From: Planctomycetota bacterium
GTDB taxonomy: Bacteria > Planctomycetota > UBA1135 > UBA2386
Assembly (NCBI GenBank): GCA_016873195.1
Contig: VGXW01000002.1
Span: 1 to 58,749 of the forward strand
Direction of reading: 5' to 3'
Length of the DNA stretch: 58,749 nt
The position numbers and the translations under genes are program-made. This document shows, one piece after another, positions 44,935 through 53,957 of this stretch. The notes beneath the pieces are model-generated. The model saw nothing but the letters and a program-made list of their open reading frames with translations, ran no database searches and was not told the origin of the DNA. The number at the start of each line of letters is the position of its first letter. Position 1 is the stretch's first letter.

Positions 44935-45962
44935 CACCAGTCCCTCGCCACGGTGCGCCGCGTGGTCTTGCCCGCGCGCACGCGGTAGTCGCGCAGCTTC
45001 AGGTCGAGGTCGCGCAGGTCCTCGAGCAGGCGCAAGGTCCGCTCCGGCGACAGCTGCTTGCCGGCCTGCTGCTCGCCGGGCGCGTCGTCGCGCTGCTGCT
45101 GTTCGGCGTCGGCGGGTTTCGGTTCGGCCTTCTCGGTGTCCGGCTGGGCCGGCGACTTCTGCTCGTCGGCCTTCTGCCCCTCCGGCGGCTGCTCGCCGGG
45201 CTTCGGCTCGGGCGGCTGCTCGCCCTGCTGCCCCTCGGGCTGCTCCGGCTTCGGCTCGCCCTTGTCCGGGGGCTGCTCGTCCGGCGGCTTCTCCCCCTGC
45301 TTGCCGTCCTGCTTGTCGTCCTGCTTCTTCTGCTCGCCCTTCTCGTCCTTCTGGTCCTTCTGGTCCTTCTGCTCCGAGTCCTTCTGCTCCTGGTCCTTCT
45401 TCTGCTGCTCGCGCTGCCGCTTCAGTTCGTCGATCTTCTTCTGCAGCTCGTCGACGAGCCGCAGCGTGCGCTCGGTGTTGCGCAAGAGCTCCGGCGACGA
45501 CGACGTCGTCGCGCCGCGCACGAAATGTTCCTTCGCCTGCCCGGCCTTCTGCAGCGCCTGCTCGAGCACGGCGAGCGGATCCTCCGCGGCAGGGGCCGGC
45601 TGCCCCTGGACTGCCGGCGGCGCGGCGGCCGCGGCCTGCAGCTCGTCGGCCCGGCGCTCGAGCAGCTTCGCCTCGTCGTAGCGCACGGCGCCGAGCACGC
45701 CGCCGTGCAGTTCGGCGCGCGCGTCGCCGGCCATGGCCGCGTACTTCTCGACCGCGGTCTCGGCGTCGGCGAGCCGGCCGGCGCGCCAGCTCGCCAGCGC
45801 GAGGTTGTAGTGCAGTTCGGGCAGGTCGCCCTCGGCCGCGATCGCGGCGCGGAACGCCTCGGCCGCCTCGGCGTACTTGCCCGCGGCGTACAGCTGCACG
45901 CCCTTCTCGCGGTCGCCGCCGGGCGGCGCGAGCAGCAGCGCACACAGGAACAGCGTCTTCAT
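44934..45962 (-). CDS. batC: BatC-like TPR protein with extreme K/E/Q/D/P low-complexity region
   Basis: The internal ATG overlaps the batB stop. MKTLFLCALLLAPPGG is followed by TPR-like GVQLYAAGKYAEAAEAFRAAI...YNLALASWRAGRLADAE. Next comes QREQQKKDQEQKDSEQKDQKDQKDEKGEQKKQDDKQDGKQGEKPPDEQPPDKGEPKPEQPEG. Confidence 0.6.
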   Translation of the reverse strand: MKTLFLCALLLAPPGGDREKGVQLYAAGKYAEAAEAFRAAIAAEGDLPELHYNLALASWRAGRLADAETAVEKYAAMAGDARAELHGGVLGAVRYDEAKLLERRADELQAAAAAPPAVQGQPAPAAEDPLAVLEQALQKAGQAKEHFVRGATTSSSPELLRNTERTLRLVDELQKKIDELKRQREQQKKDQEQKDSEQKDQKDQKDEKGEQKKQDDKQDGKQGEKPPDEQPPDKGEPKPEQPEGQQGEQPPEPKPGEQPPEGQKADEQKSPAQPDTEKAEPKPADAEQQQRDDAPGEQQAGKQLSPERTLRLLEDLRDLDLKLRDYRVRAGKTTRRTVARDW

Positions 45963-46948
45963 CGGCGTCGGCCTCCGGATCGCACGATCTCCCACAACAG
46001 CAGCGTCAGCAACGGCAGCAGCACCCACTGGTAGCGCGGCTGCAGGCCCTGCTGCTCGCCGGCGTCGTAGCTGCGCTTCTGCATCGGCAGCAGGCGCTTT
46101 CGGTGCAACTCGACGAGCGGCAGCACCGTGGACTCCGCGCGCAGGAACTCGCCGCCGGTCGCCGCCGCGACCGCGCGCAGGCTCTCGCTGTCCATGCGCG
46201 AGACGACCTCGGCGCCGTCCTGGTCGCGCAGGAAGGCCTGCTGCCCGCCCTCCTGCACCGTGATCTTGCTGCCGAGCGCGCTGCCGTAGCCGACCGCGTG
46301 CACGGTGAGGCCGCGCTCGCGCAGTTCGCCGGCCGCCTGCCGCCCCGCGCCGGCGAGGTCCTCGCCGTCGGTCAGCAGCAGCACGGCCGTCGTGCGCACG
46401 CCGTCGGGGTCCGTGAGTTCCAGCGCCTTGCGCAGCGCGGCGGCGACGTCGGTGCCGCCCTGCTTGACCACGTCGGTGTCGACCTCGTCGAGCAGGCCGC
46501 GGAACGAGTCGAGGTCGTGCGTCAGCGGGATCCACAGCCGCGCCTGGCCGGCGAACACGACGAGCCCGGCGCGGTCGCCGCCCTGCAGTTCGGGCAGCAC
46601 GGCGCGCACGTCCAGCAGCGCGCGCTGCAGCCGCGAGGGTTCGAGGTCGCGCGCCAGCATCGACCGCGAGGTGTCGAGGCAGAGGATCAGGTCGAGCCCG
46701 CGGCGTTCGACGACCACCTGCTCCTGGCCCAGGCGCGGGTCCATCCAGCAGACGACGCCGAGCCCGAGCAGCAGCGTCAGGACGGACGAGCGGCCGAGCG
46801 GGCTCGACACGGCGTCGGGCGACGGCGCGCCGTAGCGTTGCGCCGCGCGCCGCGAGCGGTCGAACAGCGCCCACAGCAGCGCCGCGACCAGCGGCAGCGC
46901 GAGCAGCGCGGGCCACAGCGAGAGCCGCGCGAACACGAGGTCGCTCAC
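45959..46948 (-). CDS. batB: VWA domain protein BatB
   Basis: The GTG start follows GGAGGG and forms a GTGA overlap with the batA stop. There are two N-terminal TM segments. The VWA MIDAS motif is LDLILCLDTSRSM, followed by LLLTDGED. There is a C-terminal TM segment. Confidence 0.8.
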   Translation of the reverse strand: MSDLVFARLSLWPALLALPLVAALLWALFDRSRRAAQRYGAPSPDAVSSPLGRSSVLTLLLGLGVVCWMDPRLGQEQVVVERRGLDLILCLDTSRSMLARDLEPSRLQRALLDVRAVLPELQGGDRAGLVVFAGQARLWIPLTHDLDSFRGLLDEVDTDVVKQGGTDVAAALRKALELTDPDGVRTTAVLLLTDGEDLAGAGRQAAGELRERGLTVHAVGYGSALGSKITVQEGGQQAFLRDQDGAEVVSRMDSESLRAVAAATGGEFLRAESTVLPLVELHRKRLLPMQKRSYDAGEQQGLQPRYQWVLLPLLTLLLWEIVRSGGRRR

Positions 46949-47925
46949 GGCACCCTCCGGAACAGCAGCACCTCGGCGCAGAGCGCCAGCAGCAGCAGCA
47001 GCAGCCCGGCCGCGAGCGGCCACTCGAAGTGGTCGACCGTGCGGTAGCGCGGGTCCTCGAGCTCCGACTTCTCGAGTTCGTCGATGCGCGCGTAGACCTC
47101 GGCGAGGTCCGCGTCGCTCTTCGGCTGGAAGAACTGCCCCCCGGTCGTCTCGGCGATGCCGCGCAGCTCCGCGAAGTCGAGCGGGCGGAAGCCGAACGGC
47201 GTCGGCTGGCCGTTGCCGAGCCCGATCGCGTGCACGCGCAGACCGGCGTCCTTCGCCAGCTTCGCGCCGTCCTGCGGCTCGATGTCGGACACCGTGTTCT
47301 CGCCGTCGGTCAGCAGCACGACCACGCGCGAGCTGGCCTTGCTCTTCCGCAGCACCTGCGCGGCCTTGACCAGCGCGGTGCCGATCGCGGTGCCGTCGAT
47401 CTCCGAGTTCGGCGGCACGGTGTCGAGCACACGCAGGAACGCCGCGAGCGCCTGCTCGTCGAGCGTCGGCGGGCAGCGCAGCTCGGCGTAGCGAGCGAAC
47501 GCGACGAGGCCGACGCGGTCGCGGGTGCGCGCGGCGGCGAACTGCTCGGCGCGGGCCCGCGCGGCATCCATGCGGCGCAGGCCCGCGGTCGTGCCCATGT
47601 CCTCGATCTGCATCGACGAACTCGTGTCGACGACCAGCAGGATGTCGATGCCTTGCTCGCGCAGCGGCGCCACCTCGCGCACGACCGGCCGCGCGAGCGC
47701 CAGGGCGAGGCAGCAGGCGGCGAGCACCTTGCCGAGCAGCGGCAGCCCGCACAGGCGCTGGCGCAGCGTCGGCTCGAGGTCCGCGAACAGCCCGACCGAC
47801 GCGGTCGGCAGCGCCGCGCGAGGACGGCGGAGCCGCCACAGCGCCGCGAGCAGCACCAGCGGCACCGCGAGCAGGAAGGCCGGGTCGAGCAGCGCGAAGC
47901 CGCCGATCGTCCAGGCCGCGGTCAT
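46945..47925 (-). CDS. batA: VWA domain protein BatA
   Basis: The internal ATG forms an ATGA overlap with the upstream stop. There are N-terminal TM segments. The MIDAS motif is IDILLVVDTSSSM, followed by VLLTDGENT and GGQFFQ. There is a C-terminal TM segment. Confidence 0.85.
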   Translation of the reverse strand: MTAAWTIGGFALLDPAFLLAVPLVLLAALWRLRRPRAALPTASVGLFADLEPTLRQRLCGLPLLGKVLAACCLALALARPVVREVAPLREQGIDILLVVDTSSSMQIEDMGTTAGLRRMDAARARAEQFAAARTRDRVGLVAFARYAELRCPPTLDEQALAAFLRVLDTVPPNSEIDGTAIGTALVKAAQVLRKSKASSRVVVLLTDGENTVSDIEPQDGAKLAKDAGLRVHAIGLGNGQPTPFGFRPLDFAELRGIAETTGGQFFQPKSDADLAEVYARIDELEKSELEDPRYRTVDHFEWPLAAGLLLLLLALCAEVLLFRRVP

Positions 47926-48869
47926 CGGCCCACCTCCGCCTGCGGCCCCGCGGCGCGGTCGGCGCGCGTCGCCGCGACGAACCCGTCGGCGAGCGCCCAG
48001 GTCTCGAGGTGCTCGGTCTCGCCGGGCACCCGCGCGGCGAACTTGACGAGGTCGCACCGCCGCAGGAACCGCTCGAGCTCCGCGCGGTGTCCGCGCGCGA
48101 GCGCGTCGCCGCCCTCGAGTTCGCGCAGGAACTCCTCGGTCGTGCGCTCCGGCGCGCGCAGCCCGAACCGTTCCTCGAGGTAGGTGCGCAGCACCGCGGA
48201 GACGCCGACGTAGAACGCGTCGACCTGGGCCGGCGTCGTGCGCGGTTCGTTGCGCAGCCGCAGCAGCGCGCGCTGCGCCTTGACGTGCGGCGGCAGCGCC
48301 ACCGCGGCCGGCTGCGCGCGCGGCCGCCGGCCCGGCCACAGGTACCAGGCCAGCGCGCCCAGCGCCGCGGCGAGGTAGCCGCCGAGCGCCCACCACCACA
48401 CCGTCGAGGGGCCTGCCAACGGTCCCGACGGCGCCTCGAGTTCCGGCGGCTGCCCGTCGAGCGACGAGACGACGGCGACCTTCTGCTCGGGCGTGCTCGC
48501 CGAGATCGTGCCGTCCCTCGCGGCGGCGACGAACGGCGGCACGACCAGTTCGCCGGGGCCGCGGTGCGGCCGCAGCACCAGCGTCGTGCGCTGCCACAGG
48601 CCACCGCCGAACGGCACCTCGGGCGCCACCGTCGCCGTGGCGAGGAAGTCCGCCGCGTCGACCTGCGGCGCGAACTCGACCGGCAGGTCGGCGCGCCGGT
48701 ACAGGTCGAGGTGCACCGTGACCGGCTGCAGCAGCGCGACCCGCTGCGGCGCGAGCTGGACGCGCAGGTCGAGCGCCGCCGGCGGCGGCACCGGCCACGG
48801 CGGGGTCGGGCCGCCGCACGCCGCGGCGAGCAGTCCCAGCCCGCAGGCGATGCGGGTCCAGCCCTTCAT
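47922..48869 (-). CDS. lipoprotein with DUF4381-like TM/helical C-terminal half
   Basis: MKGWTRIACGLGLLAAAC contains a lipobox. The central TM segment is WWWALGGYLAAALGALAWYLW. FYVGVSAVLRTYLEERFGLRAPERTTEEFLREL...CDLVKFA resembles the short protein usually found between the DUF58 and batA genes. That assignment is from memory, not a search. Confidence 0.5.
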   Translation of the reverse strand: MKGWTRIACGLGLLAAACGGPTPPWPVPPPAALDLRVQLAPQRVALLQPVTVHLDLYRRADLPVEFAPQVDAADFLATATVAPEVPFGGGLWQRTTLVLRPHRGPGELVVPPFVAAARDGTISASTPEQKVAVVSSLDGQPPELEAPSGPLAGPSTVWWWALGGYLAAALGALAWYLWPGRRPRAQPAAVALPPHVKAQRALLRLRNEPRTTPAQVDAFYVGVSAVLRTYLEERFGLRAPERTTEEFLRELEGGDALARGHRAELERFLRRCDLVKFAARVPGETEHLETWALADGFVAATRADRAAGPQAEVGR

Positions 48870-49819
48870 CGTTTCGCTCCGCGCCGTTCGCGCATGCGGA
48901 AGAACCGCACCAGCGGGTCGGCGACCGAACCCGCGGTCGGCACGTCGAGCAGGTCGACCTTCGTGGCCCGGCACAGGTCGAGCCACTGCTGGCGCTCCTG
49001 CCGCCAGCGCCGGGCCAGCTCGCGCCGCACGCGCGCGCTGCCGGTGTCGACGACCACGGTGCGCGCGGTCTCGGGATCGGCGAGGTGCAGCAGGCCGACG
49101 CGCGGCAGTTCGGCGACGTCGCCCGAGCCGCGGTCGAGCCCCGCGGCCAACGGGTCGCGGACGCGCACGGCGATCACGTCGTGGCGCTGCGCGAGCATGC
49201 GCAGCTGCTTCCGGCAGTCCGGGCCGTCGAGATCGCGCGCGAGGAAGTCGCCGACCACGAAGACGATCGCGCGGCGGCGCTGCACGCGGCCGGCGTAGTC
49301 GAGCGCCAGCGCGAGGTCGGTGCCGGCACCCGGCCGCACCGGCTCGCACGCCTCGCGGATCAGCCGCAGCACGTGGTTCCGGCCCTTCTTGGCCGGCACG
49401 TAGCGCTCGATGCGGTCGGTGAACGTGATCAGGCCGGCCTTGTCGTTGTTGCGCGCCGCGGCGAACGCGACGATGCCGACGAACAGCGCCGCGGTGGTCG
49501 CCACGGCGCGCCGCGGGCTGCCCGGCGGGCTCGTGCCGAAACCCATCGACGCGGACGCGTCGAGCAGGAACAGCACGGTCAGTTCGCGCTCCTCGACGAA
49601 CTTCTTGACGAACGGCCGCCCGGTCCGCGCGGTCACGTTCCAGTCGACCGAACGCAGTTCGTCGCCCTCGGCGAACTCGCGCACCTCGTCGAACTCGATG
49701 CCCGCGCCGCGGAACACAGAGCTGTAGCCGCCGGCCATCACGTCGGTGACCGTGCGGTCGGCGCGCACCTGGATGCGCCGCGCCTCCGCGAGCAGTTCGG
49801 GGTCGAGGGCTCTCGCCAC
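48866..49819 (-). CDS. DUF58 family protein (MoxR-associated, VWA-like)
   Basis: The GTG start lies 7 nt after GGGAGA. GGYSSVFRGAGIEFDEVREFAEGDELRSVDWNVTARTGRPFVKKFVEERE is the DUF58 signature. Confidence 0.8.
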   Translation of the reverse strand: MARALDPELLAEARRIQVRADRTVTDVMAGGYSSVFRGAGIEFDEVREFAEGDELRSVDWNVTARTGRPFVKKFVEERELTVLFLLDASASMGFGTSPPGSPRRAVATTAALFVGIVAFAAARNNDKAGLITFTDRIERYVPAKKGRNHVLRLIREACEPVRPGAGTDLALALDYAGRVQRRRAIVFVVGDFLARDLDGPDCRKQLRMLAQRHDVIAVRVRDPLAAGLDRGSGDVAELPRVGLLHLADPETARTVVVDTGSARVRRELARRWRQERQQWLDLCRATKVDLLDVPTAGSVADPLVRFFRMRERRGAKR

Positions 49820-49851
49820 GGCTCGGTCTCCCGGACGGCACCCGCGCCGGC

Positions 49852-50841
49852 TCAGGGCACCTTGACGGTGTCGAACACCGTCTTCAGCACCTGTTCGCTG
49901 GTGACGCCCTCGGCCTCGGCCTCGTAGGTCGTCAGCACGCGGTGGCGCAGCACCATCGCGCCGACCGCCTTGACGTCCTGCGGCGTCACGAAGCCGCGGC
50001 CCTCGAGGAACGCGCGCGCGCGCGCCGCGCGGGCCAGCGCCAGCGAGGCGCGCGGCGAGGCGCCGTACAGGATCAGCGGCCGCAGCTTCGGCAGGCCGAT
50101 CTCCTCGGGCTGCCGCGTCGCGAACACGAGGTCGACGATGTAGCTCTTGACCTTGTCGTCGAGGTAGATCGTGTCGAGCAGCTGCCGCATGCGCAGCAGT
50201 TCCTGCGGCGTGGTCACCGGCTTCACCTCGTGGTGCGCGGTCAGGCCGGCCATGCGGTCGATGATCCTGAGTTCCTCCTGCTTGTTCGGGTAGCCGACCA
50301 CGAGCTTGACCATGAAGCGGTCGATCTGCGCCTCGGGCAGCGCGTAGGTGCCCTCCTGCTCGATCGGATTCTGCGTCGCGAGCACCAGGAACGGCTCGGG
50401 CAGCCGCCGCGTGTCGCCGGCCAGCGTGACCTGCCGTTCCTGCATCGCCTCGAGCAGCGCCGACTGCACCTTCGCGGGTGCCCGGTTGATCTCGTCGGCG
50501 AGCACGAAGTTCGCGAACACCGGCCCTTCCTTGACCAGCCACTCGCCGGTCTTCGGGTTGTAGACGTGCGTGCCGACGAGGTCGGCCGGCAGCAGGTCGG
50601 GCGTGAACTGGATGCGCCGGAACTGGCCGCCGACGGCGTGCGCCAGCGAGTTCACGGCCAGCGACTTGGCGAGGCCGGGCAGGCCCTCGAGCAGCACGTG
50701 GCCGTCCGCGAGCAGCGCGATCAGGAGGCCGTCGAGCAGGGCGTCCTGGCCGACGATGACGTTCTGCAGCGCCGCGCGCACGGACTGCAGCGCGCGGCTC
50801 TCGGACTGGATGCGTTGGGCGATGGCGACGACGTCGGTCAT
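49852..50841 (-). CDS. moxR: MoxR-class AAA+ ATPase
   Basis: HVLLEGLPGLAKS (Walker A), FANFVLADEINRAPAKVQSALLEAMQE (Walker B plus sensor) and the LATQNPIEQEGTY motif. The start is taken at the second ATG. The track start is 50895. Confidence 0.9.
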   Translation of the reverse strand: MTDVVAIAQRIQSESRALQSVRAALQNVIVGQDALLDGLLIALLADGHVLLEGLPGLAKSLAVNSLAHAVGGQFRRIQFTPDLLPADLVGTHVYNPKTGEWLVKEGPVFANFVLADEINRAPAKVQSALLEAMQERQVTLAGDTRRLPEPFLVLATQNPIEQEGTYALPEAQIDRFMVKLVVGYPNKQEELRIIDRMAGLTAHHEVKPVTTPQELLRMRQLLDTIYLDDKVKSYIVDLVFATRQPEEIGLPKLRPLILYGASPRASLALARAARARAFLEGRGFVTPQDVKAVGAMVLRHRVLTTYEAEAEGVTSEQVLKTVFDTVKVP

Positions 50842-50920
50842 GCGGGTTGCCGGGAAGGTGGCCGAAGACGATACCGCCCGGCCAGGACTCCTCAATCGCG
50901 CGCCGGCGGTCGCGGCGCGG

Positions 50921-53797
50921 TCAGCGCCCCTGCGCGGTCGCCTGCTGTTCGACGAGCAGGCGGTAGCGCGCGGCGATGCCCTTCCGCACGTCGGCCGGCG
51001 TGTCGTGGCCGACCGCGCCGAAGTCGACGTTCGCGACCGTGCGCAGCACGGCCGACGCGAGCACCCAGTACCGGGATTCGGCGGCCTCGGCGAGCAGCCG
51101 CGCGAGTTCGGGCAGCGCCTGCAGGCCCGCGGCGGCCGCGAACTGCTCCGCGCGCAGCGTCGTTGGCACCGCGCCGGCCTGCAGTGCGTCGAGCAGCCAC
51201 TGCCACTGCGGCGCCTGCTTGTTCTTGCGGTACCACGCCTCGATGCCGCCGATGCGGTCCGCGACTCCCTGCACGTCGACGCCCGTGGTGCCCGCGAGCG
51301 CCGCCGCGGCCTCCAGCGCGTGCGCCGGCTGCCGCAGCAGGTCGATCAGGTCCGGGATCGCCAGAGCGTCCTGGTAGCCGCCCAGCAGCAGCACGAACTG
51401 GGCCCGGATCGCCGGGTCCCGCACGACCTGCAGCTGGTGGCGCAGTGCTGGCACCGCGAGGATCCCGCCGAGCCGCTGCAGGTGGAAGCGCGCCTGCAGG
51501 CCGACCTCCTTGCCGTGGCCCGCGACCGCGAGTTCGGCCAGCAGGAACGCGCTGCGGACGTCGCGCAGTTCGCCGAGCCCGCGCAGCGCGGCCTCGCGGT
51601 CCTCCTGCTGCGGCGCGGTGACCGCGCGCTCGAGCACGGTGAACGCCTGCTCGCCGCCGACCCGGCCGAGCGCGCGCAGGCACTCGCGGCGCACGAGCGG
51701 CGGGGTCGTCTCGGCGACGACCGCGGCGATCAGCGGCCGGCCGGCCGCGGCGATCTGCAGATGGCCGCACGCGTGCGCCGCCGCGCGCGCCACCTCGGGG
51801 TCGAGGTCCGACAGCAGCGCGACGAGCTTCGGCGCCGCGCGCGGATCGCGCGTCAGTTCGGCCTCCTCGACCGCCACGCGGCGGACCACGGACCGCACGT
51901 CGTCGAGCGCCGCCAGCACCGCGTCGGGCCCGAGCACCGCGAACACCGCGCGCACCGCGTTGCGGCCGCCGCCCTGGGCGCGCGCGGCGACGTCGACGCA
52001 CTCGCGCCAGACCCGGTCGCCGCCGACGCCGGCCGCCAGTTCCAGCAGGTGCAGCTCGAGCTCGCCGAGCGCCGGGGCGCTGCGCACGATCGCGAGCATG
52101 GCCTCGCCGTCGGCTTCGCCGAACAGGTTGCGCCGGTCGGAGCGCGCGAACAGGTGCTCCAGCGCGCGGGCGCGCAGCGCCGGCGTCAGCGCGGCCCAGT
52201 TCCCGAGCACGCGCGCGACGAACCGCCGGCCGTGCCGGACCGGGTCCGGGTTCGCCTCGCGCCACTGCCGCTCGGCGCGCCAGAACGCCGCGCGGTCGGG
52301 TTCCTGCTGCGGGTGCCGGTAGAGCTGCCACAGCTCGGCGTCGATCGTGCGCTGCACGGTCGCGACCAGCGCGTCGAAGGCCGCGTGCTCGCCGGCCGGC
52401 ATCGCCACCTGCATGCGCGCGCCCGGCACCTGCAGCTGCAGCGACCGCACCAGCGGCAGCCCGGCCGGGCTGCGCATCGCCGCGGGATCGGCGAACCCGC
52501 CGGCCCGCAGCTGCTGCACCAGGTCGAGCACCTGCGGCGCGGTCAGCAGGATCTCCAGCGCGCCCGGCAACGGCGCGCTGTCGGCGAGCCCCTCGGCGAC
52601 CAGCCGCACGAACTGCTGTTCCTGGCGCAGCGCGATCACCGCGGTCGCCGCGCCCTGCCCCGCGACCTCGACCTCGGCGCGGATGCCGACGAACGACCCG
52701 CGCTGGTCCTTCCACCACTCGCGCCACGGCAGCGGCTCGGCCGGTCCCGCGAGACGGCCGGTCAGCCGCACGAGCCGCTGTTCGGCCGGCCGCCGCAGCA
52801 GGTCGAGGTTCGGCACGTACTGCCGGCCGTCGACCACGTCGAGCAGTGCCTCGACGACGTCGGCGTCGCGCCAGGCCACCTGGCCGCCGGGCCGGCTCGC
52901 GTGCGCGAGGTCGGCGAGCGGCACGGCGGCGAGCGACCGCGCCAGCGCCTCGGGCTCGGCGAGCCGCCGCAGCAGTGCCGGCGCCGGGCCGTCGTCGAGC
53001 AGCAGCTGGCCGGCGGCGTCGCCGATCTGCGCCAGCGCGAACGCCGCGTAGCAGTAGCCGCGGTCGATCGGTGGTTCGGCGAGCAGTTTCCGCAGGTGCG
53101 GCACGGCCTCCTGCTGCAGAGCGATCAGCGCCGCGCAGGCGCCGGCCGCCAGCGCGGGGTCCTTCGACAACAGCTGCACCAGCCGCTCGCGCGCCGCGGG
53201 CGCGGGCACCGCGCGCAGCAGGTCGACGCCGCGCAGCTGCAGGTCGAGGCTGGCGTCGCTCGCGAGTTCGAGCGCGAACGGCAGGTCCTCGGCGGTCGCG
53301 CGCTGCGCCAGCAGTTCGGCCGCCGGCCGCCGCGCGCCGGGCACGCGGCCGCGCACGCAGTTCTGCAGCGCCCGGCGCGCGTCGCCCCGCTGCTGGTCGA
53401 GCAGGAACACCATCGTCTCGGCGACCGGGCGCGTCGTGTCGCCGAGCGGCCGCGTCAGCAGCTGGAACTCGAGTTCGCTGGCGGTCTTCTCGGTGCCGTA
53501 GCGGCGCGCGACCAGCATCAGGAAGCCCAGCTCGCTGCCGCGCGCGGTGCGGGCGACCTCGAGCACGAGCGGCTCGAGCTGGGCGTAGCGGCGGCCGATC
53601 TCGACGAGTTCGTTCTCGATCTTCGCGACCGACCCGGTCAGTTCCTGCAGGTCGCGGCGGAACCGCTCCAGTTCGGTCGGCGGCGGCGGTGCTGGCGCCG
53701 CGGTGCCCGGCACCGTGGGCCGCGGCGGCAGCTTGATCGGGCCTTGCGGCAGCGGCGGCAGGAACGACAGCAGGAGCAGGGAGACGGCTAGGGTCAT
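50921..53797 (-). CDS. exported HEAT/ARM-repeat protein, 958 aa
   Basis: The internal ATG gives MTLAVSLLLLSFLPPLPQG, a signal-like sequence, followed by a coiled-coil segment. There are many HEAT-like units with motifs such as RRAALQ, AARALGRVGGEQA and DPEVARAAAHACG. The gene ends 79 nt upstream of moxR on the same strand. Confidence 0.6.
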   Translation of the reverse strand: MTLAVSLLLLSFLPPLPQGPIKLPPRPTVPGTAAPAPPPPTELERFRRDLQELTGSVAKIENELVEIGRRYAQLEPLVLEVARTARGSELGFLMLVARRYGTEKTASELEFQLLTRPLGDTTRPVAETMVFLLDQQRGDARRALQNCVRGRVPGARRPAAELLAQRATAEDLPFALELASDASLDLQLRGVDLLRAVPAPAARERLVQLLSKDPALAAGACAALIALQQEAVPHLRKLLAEPPIDRGYCYAAFALAQIGDAAGQLLLDDGPAPALLRRLAEPEALARSLAAVPLADLAHASRPGGQVAWRDADVVEALLDVVDGRQYVPNLDLLRRPAEQRLVRLTGRLAGPAEPLPWREWWKDQRGSFVGIRAEVEVAGQGAATAVIALRQEQQFVRLVAEGLADSAPLPGALEILLTAPQVLDLVQQLRAGGFADPAAMRSPAGLPLVRSLQLQVPGARMQVAMPAGEHAAFDALVATVQRTIDAELWQLYRHPQQEPDRAAFWRAERQWREANPDPVRHGRRFVARVLGNWAALTPALRARALEHLFARSDRRNLFGEADGEAMLAIVRSAPALGELELHLLELAAGVGGDRVWRECVDVAARAQGGGRNAVRAVFAVLGPDAVLAALDDVRSVVRRVAVEEAELTRDPRAAPKLVALLSDLDPEVARAAAHACGHLQIAAAGRPLIAAVVAETTPPLVRRECLRALGRVGGEQAFTVLERAVTAPQQEDREAALRGLGELRDVRSAFLLAELAVAGHGKEVGLQARFHLQRLGGILAVPALRHQLQVVRDPAIRAQFVLLLGGYQDALAIPDLIDLLRQPAHALEAAAALAGTTGVDVQGVADRIGGIEAWYRKNKQAPQWQWLLDALQAGAVPTTLRAEQFAAAAGLQALPELARLLAEAAESRYWVLASAVLRTVANVDFGAVGHDTPADVRKGIAARYRLLVEQQATAQGR

Positions 53798-53862
53798 GGG
53801 AGGGGCGCCCGGACGGCGTCGCCGCGGCGGCGGGGTCGGGGCCGGGGCGGCGGAAAGGCCGG

Positions 53863-53891
53863 ATGATAGCCGCCGGTGCCGGGCTTGTCGT
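53863..53891 (-). promoter_or_regulatory. weak sigma70-like promoter candidate upstream of the HEAT/moxR unit
   Basis: Gene sense reads ACGACA, a 17-nt spacer, then TATCAT. It lies about 65 nt upstream of the ATG at 53797. Confidence 0.25.
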
Positions 53892-53957
53892 GGTGGCGTC
53901 CCCGGCGGGCCGCCTGCCCCTGGTGCGCGGCGCGGGGCGCCGGCACGATCCGCGCCG

